Of a stretch of DNA of 64,000 bases, positions 52,645 to 64,000 are shown one piece after another. The DNA is taken from positions 14,448,001-14,512,000 of the forward strand of contig CM059432.1 in the NCBI GenBank assembly GCA_030390025.1. The letters are read 5' to 3'. The position numbers and the translations under genes were made by a program. Under the pieces are notes generated by a model. That model saw only the letters and a list, made by a program, of their open reading frames with translations, was not told the DNA's origin and made no database searches. The first letter of the stretch is position 1. The number at the start of each line of letters is the position of its first letter. The stretch comes from Squalus acanthias. Its lineage: Eukaryota.

Positions 52645-53264
52645 ATTAAGATTGCTGGGTGCCTCTGTAAAGTGCACTACGGGTTATTTTCCTGGTATCA
52701 ACAATCAAAGTGTGTGCACCTATCTATGCAGCTATGTGTCTTTGGCTGTTTGACTGTGCACGGTGGGTGCTCTGTTAACCGTGTGTCTGTGTGTGCTTGT
52801 CCGTAGTTCAGCCCTCCTTCCAACATTCAAAAAATGCTCATTATGTAAAACTAAATCCAACTGCTTTTCAAAAAAAAAGCGCTTGGCATATCCATCTGGA
52901 ACCCGGCATCCTTTAGAATCGTGTCACAAAAAATAAACGGTACCACTATCCAACCAGAGCTGCCTGACGCACTCTCCCCAAATCAGCCCCCCTCCGCCAG
53001 ACAGCTCCCGTTGGCTAATTTGGAATCTGTGAATAGTGACAGGACGGATCGTCTGTTTGAAACAAGATCCGGCAGCGTTAAAAATAAACAGTGTCCAGAA
53101 GCACCGACTGCAAAGCCACTCGAGCACAGCACACTACTACCAACTGTATTTGTACCCTGCCTGCAAAATAAGAAATACTTTATTTTTTGACATTTATTTT
53201 TAAAGATGTCATGCAATGCACTAACATTATTGTAACAAATATTTTTTTTTTGGAGGGGGGGGAA

Positions 53265-53725
53265 AATCATATTCAAATCAAATTGGGCTGGGAATCATAA
53301 ATGAAGGGATCTTAGTGACAAAAACATTTAGGGGGACAAAAGATACACAATCATCAATCAAATCAAATTAGGAGAGAATCATAAATGAGGAGCAAAAGAT
53401 TTAAGGGGACAGAAAATAAAATCATAATCAAAACAAATTGGGGGGAAATTCATAAATGGGCAAAAAAATGTAATGGACAGAAAATACAATCATAATCAAA
53501 TTGGGGGGAAAAAGTCATAAATGAGGGGGATCTTAGTGACAAAAACATTCAGGGGACAAAAAAATACAATGATAAATCAAATTAGGAGAGAATTATAAAT
53601 GGGCAAAAAAATGTAGGGGGCAGAAAATACAATCATAATCAAAGTGTGTGGGGGGGGGGGGGGAGTCATAAATGAAAGGGGGATCTTAGTGACAGAAAAA
53701 TTTAGGAGACAGAAAAAATAAAATG
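53265..53725. repeat. Minisatellite, about 6 units of ~63-90 bp
   Basis: Recurring aatcataatcaaattggggg...tcataaatg...ggggacagaaaatac. Confidence 0.85.
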
Positions 53726-53783
53726 ACATTCTTATCGATCATTTTGGGAAGCAAAACCCGGTGGCAACGTTTGAATGTCTCAC

Positions 53784-54806
53784 CTTCAGGTAGTCGTTTT
53801 CCGAGCGGAGTTCCTCGATCTCTCGGAGCAGCTCTTCCTCCAGCCCGCTGCTGCTGCCGCCGCCGCTCTCGGCCAGCTCGGCCGGGCTGGAGGCTTTGCC
53901 GGCGCGGGTTTCGGGAAGCTTGAGCTTTGCCGAGCAGCCGGTTCTCAGCCCGGGCTCGCCTTCAGCGGGGCTGCCGGCTTTCCCCGGGGACCGGCGCTGC
54001 TGCTGCTGTTGTTGTTGCTCGGGGCTGAGATGCGCTCCGGCGGCCGAGGCTGGCTGCGGCTCCCGGTTGCCTTTGGCTTTCCGGCCGCTCTCGGCGTCGC
54101 TGGAGCCGGTGCAGGACTCGGCGTCGCTGGTGGTGGCCGCCTCCTGGGCCAGCCGCTGAGGCTCGTCCGACAGCGGCTCGGAAGCGCAGTCCGACAGGTC
54201 GGAGCTGCTGTCGGTGTGGCTGATCTTGGACAGCCCCAGCCCGGGGCTCCCGGGCAAGGAGGGAGCTCCCCCGGAGCCGGGGCCAGGGTCGATCACCAGG
54301 CATTTCTTGGCTTTCCTGGCTTGGCTCTTGTGGTGATGCTCTCCTCCTCCTCCTCCTCCCTGTTGCTGCTGATGTTTGCTGCCTCCTCCTTTCTCCTGGT
54401 GCAGTTTGGAAGAAGCCCTTTTGCTGAAGTGAGCGGAGGACAGCGGCGATTTGGTGGAGGGGGTTTTGCCCGCAGATGCTTTGTCCTTGGAGCCCAAGGC
54501 GCTGCTCCGCCTGGAGAGCCGGCTCGGAGGAGCCAGCACCCCGGGGACCTGTTGCTGCTGCTGCTGTTGTTGCTGTTGCTGCTGCTGCTGCTGATGGTGA
54601 TGATACTTGGAGAGGGAAAGAGACGCCGCCGAGGAAGAAGACAGGCTCCCCGGCTTCGAAGGCAGCGACGGCTTGGCAGAAGCCCGGCAGTGAAGATCCT
54701 TCAACGGTCTGGCAGGGGAGGGAGCTCGGTTCAGCCGCTTCTTCTCCACATATTGCTGCTGCTGCTGCTGCTGTTTGAGCTCAGTGCTCCCATTCACCGT
54801 CTCCAT
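53784..54806 (-). CDS. MTCL1: MTCL1 coding exon 1 (341 codons), microtubule crosslinking factor 1
   Basis: METVNG...KKRLNRAPSPARP, SKISHTDSSSDLSDCASEPLSDE and EEELLREIEELRSENDYLK|gtgaga match MTCL1 as recalled; CpG-rich; joins exon 2 in frame. Confidence 0.93.
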
Positions 54807-55400
54807 CCCCGCACAGTAGCTCAACAATCTGCAATCCCCGCCGAGCAGCCTTGCAAAACACACCAGCAACCTCTCTCTCCCTTTTTGTGTGCATCACTTC
54901 TCTCTTAATGATGATTATTTTTTTTGGTGTGTGTGTGTGTGTTGCTCCAAAAAAGTCTTCTGATGGCCCAGATCAGATCCACTCGTCTTTTAAAACCCAA
55001 CGCACACTTGGCAAAATAAATGCAGATAGAAATGAATGGCCATCTCTGGTCTTTAATCTCAAATCCGGACTAGAAGGACAAATCCATGGGTGTGATGTGG
55101 CATTCTTTGCCTCCCACCCTCCCTTCTCTGTTGTGGGTTATGTTTCCTCCATGCCTGTCCTCTCTCTTTCCCTCCTCTGCTGTCTCTCTCTCTCTCTCTC
55201 CCCCTCTCTCCCTCTCTCTCGTTCCCTCTCTCTGCTCCCGACCTGATTGACAAAAAAAGCTGCAACCTCTCAGTCGCTGGACGCATGCGCTTGTACTCAG
55301 CCAACCCCCCTCCACCGTGAACTGGGAGCCAGCGCTAGTGGTAGTAAAATGCAGCCAGCAGGTTGTAGCCTGATGCGTACGTGTAAAGCAGGGGGGGGGG
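54807..55400 (-). promoter_or_regulatory. Probable MTCL1 5' UTR / proximal promoter with (CT)n tract and NRF1-like site
   Basis: Directly upstream of the ATG and CpG-rich exon; (ct)n ~55180-55232; acgcatgcgc at 55281-55290 (NRF1 consensus GCGCATGCGC, 1 mismatch). TSS cannot be determined. Confidence 0.45.
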
Positions 55401-55499
55401 AAAAGATACGTGCATACGGTTTACATGCGTATACAGTTTGAGTATTTAGTCGTGTCGTATGTCCATTTTTTATTGTGGGCAGGACTGACATTTTTTTCA

Positions 55500-56680
55500 T
55501 TGATTCCTGGGATGAGAGGGTTGTGTCCTGTGAGGAGTAGATTGAGCCTATACTCTCTGGAGTTTAGAAGAATAAAAGGTGATCTCACCCAAACATATTG
55601 GCCCATATTTTCCGACCCCCCCCCACGAGGTGCGTACGCCGCCCGTAGGGGCCGCACAAGTTCCGGGTTTAGGCACGCGAAGCGCCTGCGCTGAAACCCG
55701 GAACTTGCGATCTGTCAACGATCCTCTTGACAGATCCAACGCATGCCCAAGAAAAGGGCCTCCGCGGGTGGAGAGTTGCGCTATTTGCTCAACTTCCGCC
55801 CGCTGAAAGGCCATAGAATTCTTACGCCTGGTAAAAGCTGGCATAAGGCCTGCTTTTACCAGCATCAGAGTTTAAAAAAATAGAAAAATAAGATTTTATC
55901 ACTCACTTATAACTTAAAAACCCTGTCTAATAAGGTAAGTTTATATTAAGCCCCGTTAAAACATATTTAAAAAAAAATTTAATTAAATTTTTAACATATT
56001 AAATGCAATTTTAATTATTTTTATATATGTAATGGTTTTATTTATTTCAGTGTGTTGGTGCATTTTTGTAGTCATCCCCATTCGTACATTTGACAGTTCC
56101 GTGCGTACAGAACTGTCGAAAGTATGAAGGGGGATTCCCTTCTTCCATTGGTTGAGCTGGCCCACGTGATCCCAGGGGCGCTTGCGAACCGCCTGGACCC
56201 CTGGGATACGTGGGCCTCTGCGCATTTCCAAGAGGGGAGGCCCAGGATTCGGCAGCCTCCGTATCTCCGGGACCAGCAGGTAGACTCGTAGATATTTTGC
56301 TGATCGGAGGCATCCGCCCGCGGGAAATTCAGGGCCATTGAGGGGGATTGTCAGGGTAGATGCTGAGAGGTTGTTTCCCCTGGCTGGAGAGTCTAGAACT
56401 AGGGGGCATAGTCTCAGGATAAAGGGTCAGGCCATTTAACTCTGAGATGAGGAGGGATTTCTTTATTCAGAGGGTTCTGACTCTTTGGAATTCTCTGCCC
56501 CAAAGGGCTGTGGATGCTGAGTCATTGAACATATTCACGGCTGAAATAGATAGATTTTTGGACTCTCGGGGAATCGAGGGATCGGGCGGGAAAGTGGAGT
56601 TGAGGTCGAAGATCAGCTATGATCTTATTGAATGGCGGAGCAGGCTTGAGGGGCCGTATGGCCTACCTGCTCCTAATATG
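55500..56680 (+). mobile_element. CR1 3' fragment split by a MITE
   Basis: LIPGMRGL...YSLEFRRIKGDL before 55600; MRRDFFIQRVLTLWNSLP after 56336. Confidence 0.88.
55600..56336. mobile_element. PIF/Harbinger-type MITE
   Basis: Imperfect TIR ggcccatattttcc / gggaaattcagggcc; 3-bp TSD att; interrupts a CR1. Confidence 0.8.
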
Positions 56681-56721
56681 CTCTGTTGTTATTTTTTTGA
56701 TGTCAACTGTGCAGCCATCAG

Positions 56722-57197
56722 TAGGGGATGTTGCCAACTCTCCAGGATTGCCCTGGAGTCTCCAGGAATTAAAGAAAAAAAAGAAAGACTTGTATTTATA
56801 TATCGCCTTTCACGACCTCAGGACGTCCCAAAGCGCTTTACAGCCAATTAAATATGTTTGAAGTGTCGTCACTGTTGTAATGTAGGAAAAGACCAATCTC
56901 CAGGGCACTTGCTGTGAGCAACCCAGAGGAGCATTTAAAAAAAATTGCGTTTTTTAAATTTTCTGTGAACATTCTCGTTTATTTTTTTTAATATCGGACA
57001 TGGGGAACTAGGTCAAGAACCATCCAATGGGGTAAGGAAGAGACTGTTCGCATTCGATTGGCGTGGGAAGGCAATGCACCGTGAGGATGGACATGTCGGG
57101 CAACTAATGGCGGGAGCGTGGGGGCAGGGCGGTTGAAGGCGGAAGGTCATGTGATGCAACCTCCAGGAATACGTCCAACCAAGAGTTGGCAACCCTA
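56722..57197. mobile_element. hAT-type MITE containing a SacSINE1-like tail (~56770-56890)
   Basis: TIR taggg(gat)gttgccaac / gttggcaacccta; 8-bp TSD gccatcag / gccataag. Confidence 0.8.
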
Positions 57198-57998
57198 GCC
57201 ATAAGATCAGTTTTCCAGGCTTGTGAATGTTTTTATTCCCCGTCCAGTTTTCGGTAGATTTTATTGTGTGGCTTAAATTTAAAATATCAAAACCGGACCA
57301 AAGGGCTGCAAAAACTATCAGGACCTCGAAATGGAGATCAGGTCCCCGGTCCACACACAGTTGAACAATGAGGGCGCGCAATAGTTGAACTAATTTGCCC
57401 AAATACAGTTTTTAAAAAGTTATTTTCCTAAATCCTGTCCATCCTCTAACATGGACTTGGTAAAATCTGACAACCCTGACTCTGCTAATATAGATCTTCA
57501 TACAAAAAGTAGGTTTAAAACTCTAAGAAACTAAGGCAGTGTTATCGCTGCACTTGTGCCTATTTATGCTCTGATTGTACAACTGTGACTGGAACAGAAA
57601 ATCACACCCTTTGCGTTTCCTTTCCAATATAAACAAGCTATATATTTTGAGGCCCTTTATGTCCTTTTAGGGTCATAAGGAGTAAGTCTGAACTCCTGGA
57701 GGAATTTTGCACTGCATTGACAGAGATAAGTTGGAAACCCCATTCATCATGTGTGCATCAAGATATACTAGTGTATATACAAATCTCCTTTAAATGTATA
57801 ATGTTCGTTGATGTATTGCTGCCTTCTTCAATAGCAGCACTGTGCGATTGGATTTCAGGGTGCCTAGCCAATTTTGCGATCCCAGCAAAATTGGGGTTTG
57901 CACTCTCGTAGATGCACTTGCATCAGTAGCGTGGGCCATGACAAATTTCACAATTCTATACTTTGAATAAACTGCCCAGACAACTTGTCCTGTAGTCT

Positions 57999-58119
57999 CA
58001 AAGCAAAATACTATGGATGCTGGAAATCTGAAATAAAAACAGAAATTGATGGAAATACTCAGCAGGTCAGGCAGCATCTGTGGAGAGAGAAACAGAGTTA
58101 ACGTTTCAGATCGATGGCC
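57999..58119 (-). mobile_element. Short PLE family B 3' end, truncated within HHR stem II
   Basis: Matches 15108-15229. Confidence 0.85.
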
Positions 58120-59067
58120 GCGTGGGCACACTGCTTAACGGTAACATTGCCTACGACCCCTTGATATTCACCCTGAAACCACAGCTAGAATCCCCCTGCA
58201 CCGGTTAAGCTCCCCAGTTGGTGCCACTTTTAACAGGGCCTGACCTCTCTCCTTATCTTCTTGGACTCTGGTTTGGACTCAGGTTCCGTGGGAAGGTGAC
58301 ATCTCTGAACTGGAAGTCTCAGTCAGAGCTGATCTGGACTTGGGCTTCAGACCGACCTAAACCAAACTGAGAGATGGCATAAAGGGCGGTGTTTGGGCAC
58401 TTCTCACAGGGCACATCCTCATACACTCAGCTCAGCACCAACATTTGTAAACCATTGTCTGGTCAGCTTACCCACAGTAAAGTACCCAGGCTGCTCCTCT
58501 CATGGTGCTGCTCACACTCCTCGCGTTGCTGTTGCTGCTTCTGGCTCTGCAGAAAATGCTGGGGGTGGGGTGGGGGGAGGCGGGGGTGTTTGGTGGGGGT
58601 GGGGGGGGTGTGGGGGTGGCGGGCGCTGCTGCTGCGGGAAATTTAAAGCGCAAAGATCTCCCCGGGGCTGCTAGCCTGGGAGATCCATGGCCCATTTCGG
58701 GAGACACCCGGGCAATCTGAGAGGGTTGGCAACTATACCTTCCACAGAAAAAGTTAAGAAACCATTGTAGCTTGCAAACACGGTGCTTGTTACAAGGTTG
58801 ATAAATGTGTGCACTACAGGCTGCCTGATGAGGCAGATGTTTCCTGAGGTGGCTTGGAAGGATTCAGCAGCATGAAAGCTTCATGCTGTGTAACTTTCAT
58901 TTCTATGGGAAGTGCTGTCCCTGATCCAGATGCCTGCAGGTCATTGTGCATGAGATGGTATAACTTTATGTCAGCCTTTCATGTGAAGCAGACATGGCAA
59001 AGGCAGGTCTCCTCTGACATGTCCAGGTACATGAGGAGTGGTCTATTTGAAACTGCTTGAAATTGTC

Positions 59068-59492
59068 TGATGCTGAACCAGACCATTCGCAACCTTGGCA
59101 TCCTATTTGACTCTGAGACGAGCGTCCGAGCACATATCCGCTCCGTCACAAAAACTGCCCACTTCCACTTCTGTAACATCGCCCGTCTCTCGCCCTGCCT
59201 CACCTCATCTGCTGCTGAAACACTCATCCATCCCTCTTTTAGTTCCGGACTTGACTATTCCAATGCTCTCCTGGCTGGCCTCCCATTTTCCACCCTCCAT
59301 AAACTTGAGCTCATTCAAAGCTCTTGTGCCCGTATCCAAACTCGCACCGAGTGCCGTTCACAAATCACCCCTGTGCTCACTGACCTACATTGGCTCTCGG
59401 TCTGGCAAGGCCTCGATATTAAAATTCTCATCCTTGTTTTCAAATCCCTCCATGGCCTCGCCCCTCCATATCTCTGTAACCTCCTCCAGCCA
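59068..59492 (+). mobile_element. L2 LINE fragment
   Basis: RNLGILFD...AAETLIH...LDYSN...LHWL. Confidence 0.9.
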
Positions 59493-59569
59493 GCAAGGAC
59501 TCAAAATCAAGGCTATCAAGTACAGCGTGGTTTTTATAGTTGTGATGCTGTTCTTCATAGTCCTCCATT

Positions 59570-60260
59570 ACAACAACAACAGCAACTTGTAATTATATAA
59601 AAAGAAAATACTGCAGATGCTGGAAATCTGAAATAAAAACAGAAAATGCTGGAAATACTCAGCAGGTCAGGCAGCATCTGTGAAGAGAGAAACAGAGTTA
59701 ACGTTTCAGGTCAATGACCTTTCATCAGATATATATATTGCCTTTAACGTAGTAAAACATCCCAAGGCACTTCACAGCAAAGTTTGACCCCGAGCCACAT
59801 AAGGAGATATTAGGGCAGAGCTTGGTCAAAGAGGTAGGTTTTAAGGAGCATCTTAAAAGGAGGCAAGAGAGGCGGCGAGGTTTAGGGAGGGAATTCCAGA
59901 GCTTAGGGCCTAGACAGCTGAAGGCACAGCCATCAATGGTGGAGCGATTATAATCGGCGACACGGAAGAGGCCAGCATTGGAGGAGCGCAGATATCTTGG
60001 AGGGTTGTAGGTCTGGAGAAGGTTACAGAGATATGGAGGGGTGAGGCCATGGAGGGATTTGAAAACAAGGATAAGAATTTTAAAATCGAGGCGTTGCTCA
60101 ACTGAGAGCCAATGTAGGTCAGCGAGCACAGGGGTGATGGGTGAACAGGACTTGGTGCGAGTTAGGACACGGGCAGCAGAGTTTTGGATGGCCTTAAGTT
60201 TACGGAAAGATGGGAGGACTGCCAGGAATAGTCAAGTCTAGAAGTAACAATGGCATGGAT
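59570..60260 (-). mobile_element. L2 LINE 3' fragment interrupted by a short PLE
   Basis: LHWL...PPYL...GPKLWNSLP; (caa)n tail. Confidence 0.88.
59600..59729 (-). mobile_element. Short PLE family B copy beginning at the HHR core
   Basis: Minus strand starts tCTGATGAAAGGTCATTGACCTGAAACGTTAACTC; flanked by tatata on both sides; interrupts the L2 tail. Confidence 0.88.
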
Positions 60261-62394
60261 CACTATTTTATGTTGTTAAAGGTGAGAGTATCAGTTCTGT
60301 GAAATAAAATTAGTTCAACTTTTTTCGTCTAAGACGAAATTTAAAAATTTACACTCCTGGCACAGAGCTTTATCTGCTGGGGGGTGCATAGCAAGATTTT
60401 GCGTAAAATTGTACAGATAATCATGGACAGAAAATCATGGACAGAGCACCTAAATTTCTGTACTCCCAAAGGTCTTTGCTGGGATTCTAAATTCATTAAC
60501 TTACCCCTTTACTGTTGGTATGAAATGTTCCCAAGCTAAGGAGAAGGTGGCTTAGCTGCAGAGTAAACTAAACTCTGTCACAATACAACTTAACCTTAGC
60601 ATCAGAATCGCAGCCTTGACTACATCAGTAAAATGTTTCCATTTCCTGCACGTCCTTACATTTTGTTTTGAGCGTGACTGATAATTAGGGCCAAATGATA
60701 TGTGGTTTTTTGCTGTGGAATTACAGTTACTTGAAATTGCGCTTAGGAGCAGCACCCAATCAGCAAAAAGACTTTCATGACTCCAGTTGGACTAGATTTG
60801 AACGTAAGTCCAAAAGGTGAATGGACAGTCTTGTAATCCAATGTGATCCACTTCTTCTAAAGTGAGGAACAGTAGCTGCACCACACACTATAACAAGTTT
60901 TATTGAGAAATCATAGTAAAGGATCAGGTTTCATTGTGCAGTGCACCGCTGTGGTTGGAAATAGTAAAAGCGAAGATGAGCCAAAATAGGAAATATTGAT
61001 TAAATGGCTTAGATTTTAAAAGCCCAATGGGAGGAAGTGAAAGCTGAAGGAGGTAAGGAACTGCACAGTTTTGAGGTCTTGGGAAGTGATGACTTAAAAG
61101 ATTGATAATGTTCAATTTTGACATACTGAGAGGGTGTTGAACAGAGGAAAGGGTGTCGGGTATATTAGAAGCTTAGAAGAACAAGAGAGGAATCATTAAA
61201 GGACCAATGATCATAGTGTTATCAATAAAATACAAAAGAGAATGCAATGGCAAGAGCTTAGTGGTAGAAAGGGACCAGCTTTTTCCTGAAGAATTGTAAG
61301 ATACAATTGAAAGGCACGGAGGGGATCAACGTTTAACAGAAAGCCCACGCAGTAGCACGGTGAGAGGCTGGGAACTATTTTTAGTCAAGCAGGAGTATGG
61401 CACAGGTGGAAACCTGTCATCCTGCTTCAGAATCTTTAAATCAAGCCACCAAGCAATTCAGAGGCAGAGTTTGTCTACGTGAATCACAAAGGATATTCAG
61501 CTCGTCTGCAACCATCAGCACATTCTGCAAGTTAATGTTCGCTTCCCCGGAAACTGCCACAATGCCTTCATTTTAGCAAGTCTCAAAGTGGCTCCTGGGG
61601 GGATCAAGGTTATCCTGGCACATAGCACCTCTGTGGTAACCCAGAACATCAGCTGAACGCAGATATAATGAAGTGCTTGCCTCCCGCAGAGTGATTGCTG
61701 AGCATACCATTGGCGTGCTGAAGTAAGTAGCTCCTCAGGTGCCTGGGTGTCCTGCAATACAACTCAACAAGAGTATTAAGGATTATTTCCCCCTTTACCA
61801 CATGTTAAAAAGAAGCATCATTAAGAGGAAGTCCCCCAAACACAGCAAAGGAACTGCCAAGAGGAGTTGGAGTAATGGCAAGAGCCAGTGGAACAGAACG
61901 TTTTGCTGGCTGTAAGAGTAATTCATTCAGCTCTCATAAAGAAGAATTGAATTGCAACTGTGTTCCAGTTACATCTTCCCCATTCCCTCCGCAGATATAC
62001 CTTCACCTTCCCTTTTGAACGCAACTCACAAATCTGTCATTCATGCCACCTGATGAAAGTTACTCTCTGCACGAACAACAAATACAATGCAACCATATTT
62101 TTAGTCTCCAAACACTGTCTACTGTTTTCTACCACAGTGCTTCCCTTTGGTGATGTTGTGTGAAGTACGTCCTCATAACCCTAATCTGGTGATGTAGCTA
62201 GGTGCTACCTCAGTGGCAGGAGTGCATGAGGTTACTGGCTGCTCTGTGTTATTGGAATTGAGCTGGGCCTCACCTCAAGATAGCTGAGTCTTGAGATGGA
62301 CCTTCTGTAGGCTGCAATACATCTACTACTGCCTGGGCAGCCTAGGCCTGCTTTCTTTCCGTTACCTGAGCGGGCATCGGAGGAGGTTGATGGG

Positions 62395-62863
62395 AAAGAA
62401 AAAGAAAGACTTGCATTTATATAGCGCCTTTCACGACCATCGGACGTCCCAAAGTGCATTACAGCCAATGAAGTACTTTTTGAAGTGTAGTCACTGTTGT
62501 AATGTGGGAAACACAGCAGCTAATTTGCACACAGCAAGCTCCCACAAACAACAATGTGATAATGACCAGATAATCTGTTTTTTAGATGTTGGTTGAGGGA
62601 TAAATATTGGCCAGGACAACAGGGATAACTCCCCTGCTCTTCTTCGAAATAGTGCCATGGGATCTTTTACGTCCAGCTGAGAGAGCAGACGGGGCCTCGG
62701 TTTAACGTCTCATCCAAAAGACCTCTAACAGTGCAACACTCCCTCAGTACTGCATTGGAGAGTCAGCCTAGATTTTTGTGCTCAAGTCTCTGTGAGTGGG
62801 ACCTGAACTACACAACCTTTTGACTCAGAGGCAAGAGTGCTACCAACTGAGCCACAGCTGACA
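62395..62863 (-). mobile_element. Full-length SacSINE1-like (DeuSINE-type) tRNA SINE
   Basis: Pol III head (tggctcagttggtagcactcttgcctctgagtca...gttcaggtcccac), central domain, L2-like tail ending in (ttct)n. Confidence 0.85.
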
Positions 62864-63272
62864 TTGATGTGTTGTCATACTGAGAGACAGTGTAATCATC
62901 TGCATACATTTTAGCCATACCTCTACTACTGGGCACCTCTTCGCCATGACCACTGATTAGCATGATAGCGGACTTATTGACACCAATTAAATCAGAGAAG
63001 CCCTATCTCTAACCAATGCCCAAACCTGTCGGGAGATAGAAAATTGTCCACTCTGGAACTCGAGCCTCCATGGCTGCAGTTTGAGCATTCGCAGGAGAAA
63101 CCCCAACTACCCTCATGGCCTTTGTCATGTGGAGGGGGGGGGGGGGGGGGGGCGGCACGGGGCTGCACTGCTGTAGATCATCTTGGAGTTGCTCCATGGT
63201 GAACTGCAGTGCTGAGAATCCATCCAGTATGATACTGATGATGTGAATAGTGGACTACTCCTCGTCCTTAGC

Positions 63273-64000
63273 CTCCATGTAGTGTATATGGACTTTAGCA
63301 AGGCTTTTGATAAGGTTCCACATGGCAGGGAATACACGTTAAATGGTAGGACATTGAGTAGTGTAGAGGAACAAAGGGACCTTGGAGTGCATGTCCACAG
63401 ATCCCTGAAGGTAGCAGGCCAGGTAGATAAGGTGGTTAAGAAGGCATACGGAATGCTTGCCTTTATTAACCGTGGCATAGAATACAAGAGTTCTGACGAA
63501 AGGTCTTCGACCTGAAACGTTAACTCTGTTTCTCTCTCCACGGATGCTGCCTGGCCTGCTGAGTTTTTCCAGCATTTTCTGTTGCTTTTTCCAGCATCCG
63601 CAGTATTTTGCTATTGTACAAGAGCAGGGGGGTTATGCTTCAACTGTATAAAACAACTAGTTAGGCCTCAGCTAGAGTACTGCGTGCAGTTCTGGTCACC
63701 ACATTATAGGAAATATGTGATTGCACTAGAGAGGGTACAGAGGAGATTTACAAGGATGTTGCCGGGAGTAGAGAATCTTAGCTATGAGGAAAGACTGGAT
63801 AGGCTGGGTCTGTTTTCCTTGGAACAGAGGAGGCTGAGGGGAGACCTTATTGAGGTGTATAAAATTATGAGGGGCACAGATAAAGTGGATAGAAAGGATC
63901 TATTTCCCTTAGCAGAGGGGTCAAAAACCAGGGGGCACAGATTTAAAGTAATTGGGGGAAGGTTTAGAGGGGATTTGAGGGGAAATTTCTTCACCCAGAG
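63273..64000 (+). mobile_element. CR1 LINE with a deleted RT core, interrupted by a short PLE; runs off the window
   Basis: VVYMDFSKAFDKVPHGR fused directly to EYTLNG...QRDLGV; continues after 63617. Confidence 0.9.
63491..63616 (+). mobile_element. 126-bp PLE family B copy with intact HHR core
   Basis: 8-bp TSD tacaagag (63483-63490, 63617-63624); starts ttCTGACGAaAGGTCttcGACCTGAAACGTTaact. Confidence 0.92.

Noticed and set aside
54807..54869. 21-aa N-terminal extension of the exon 1 ORF
   Set aside because: The ORF-finder start is non-ATG; METVNG at 54806 matches the known N-terminus.
53775..54908. 377-aa plus-strand ORF antisense to MTCL1 exon 1
   Set aside because: Shadow ORF of GC-rich, CAG-repeat coding sequence; poly-Leu/Ala content with no recognisable domain.
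58560..58625. G-run cluster (potential G-quadruplex); similar G/C runs at ~22720, ~40720 and ~63134
   Set aside because: Common low-complexity tracts with no evidence of function.
59068..60260. Adjacent inverted L2 copies forming a potential hairpin
   Set aside because: Two abundant-family fragments upstream of the gene; adjacency is expected at this repeat density.

Overview
Repeat-rich vertebrate genomic DNA, almost certainly from a shark or other elasmobranch (HE1-type SINE/HER1-type LINE pair, SacSINE1-type SINE, abundant CR1, L2 and Penelope elements). One host gene is visible: the 5' part of MTCL1 (SOGA family) on the minus strand. It has three phase-0 coding exons (54806-53784, 40525-40301, 39011-38853), followed by an intron of more than 38 kb that runs off the left edge. 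The rest is mostly nested transposons: CR1/HER1/L2 LINE fragments, tRNA-derived SINEs, a solo LTR, PIF/Harbinger elements and MITEs, a hAT MITE, and two families of Penelope-like elements (PLEs) carrying minimal hammerhead ribozymes (HHRs). Most notable: (1) six miniature PLE derivatives, several hairpin-shaped and several with target-site duplications (TSDs), whose breakpoints all fall inside the ~40-nt ribozyme; (2) a young PLE with a 224-bp inverted repeat and a ribozyme on both strands, nested in a Harbinger element; (3) MTCL1 exons 2+3 total 384 nt, so a back-spliced circle would be a stop-free endless ORF; (4) a strong unexplained splice donor / 15-nt stop-containing micro-exon 347 nt upstream of exon 2. 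Family and gene names come from recognition by eye, not database searches. Boundaries of old repeats are approximate.
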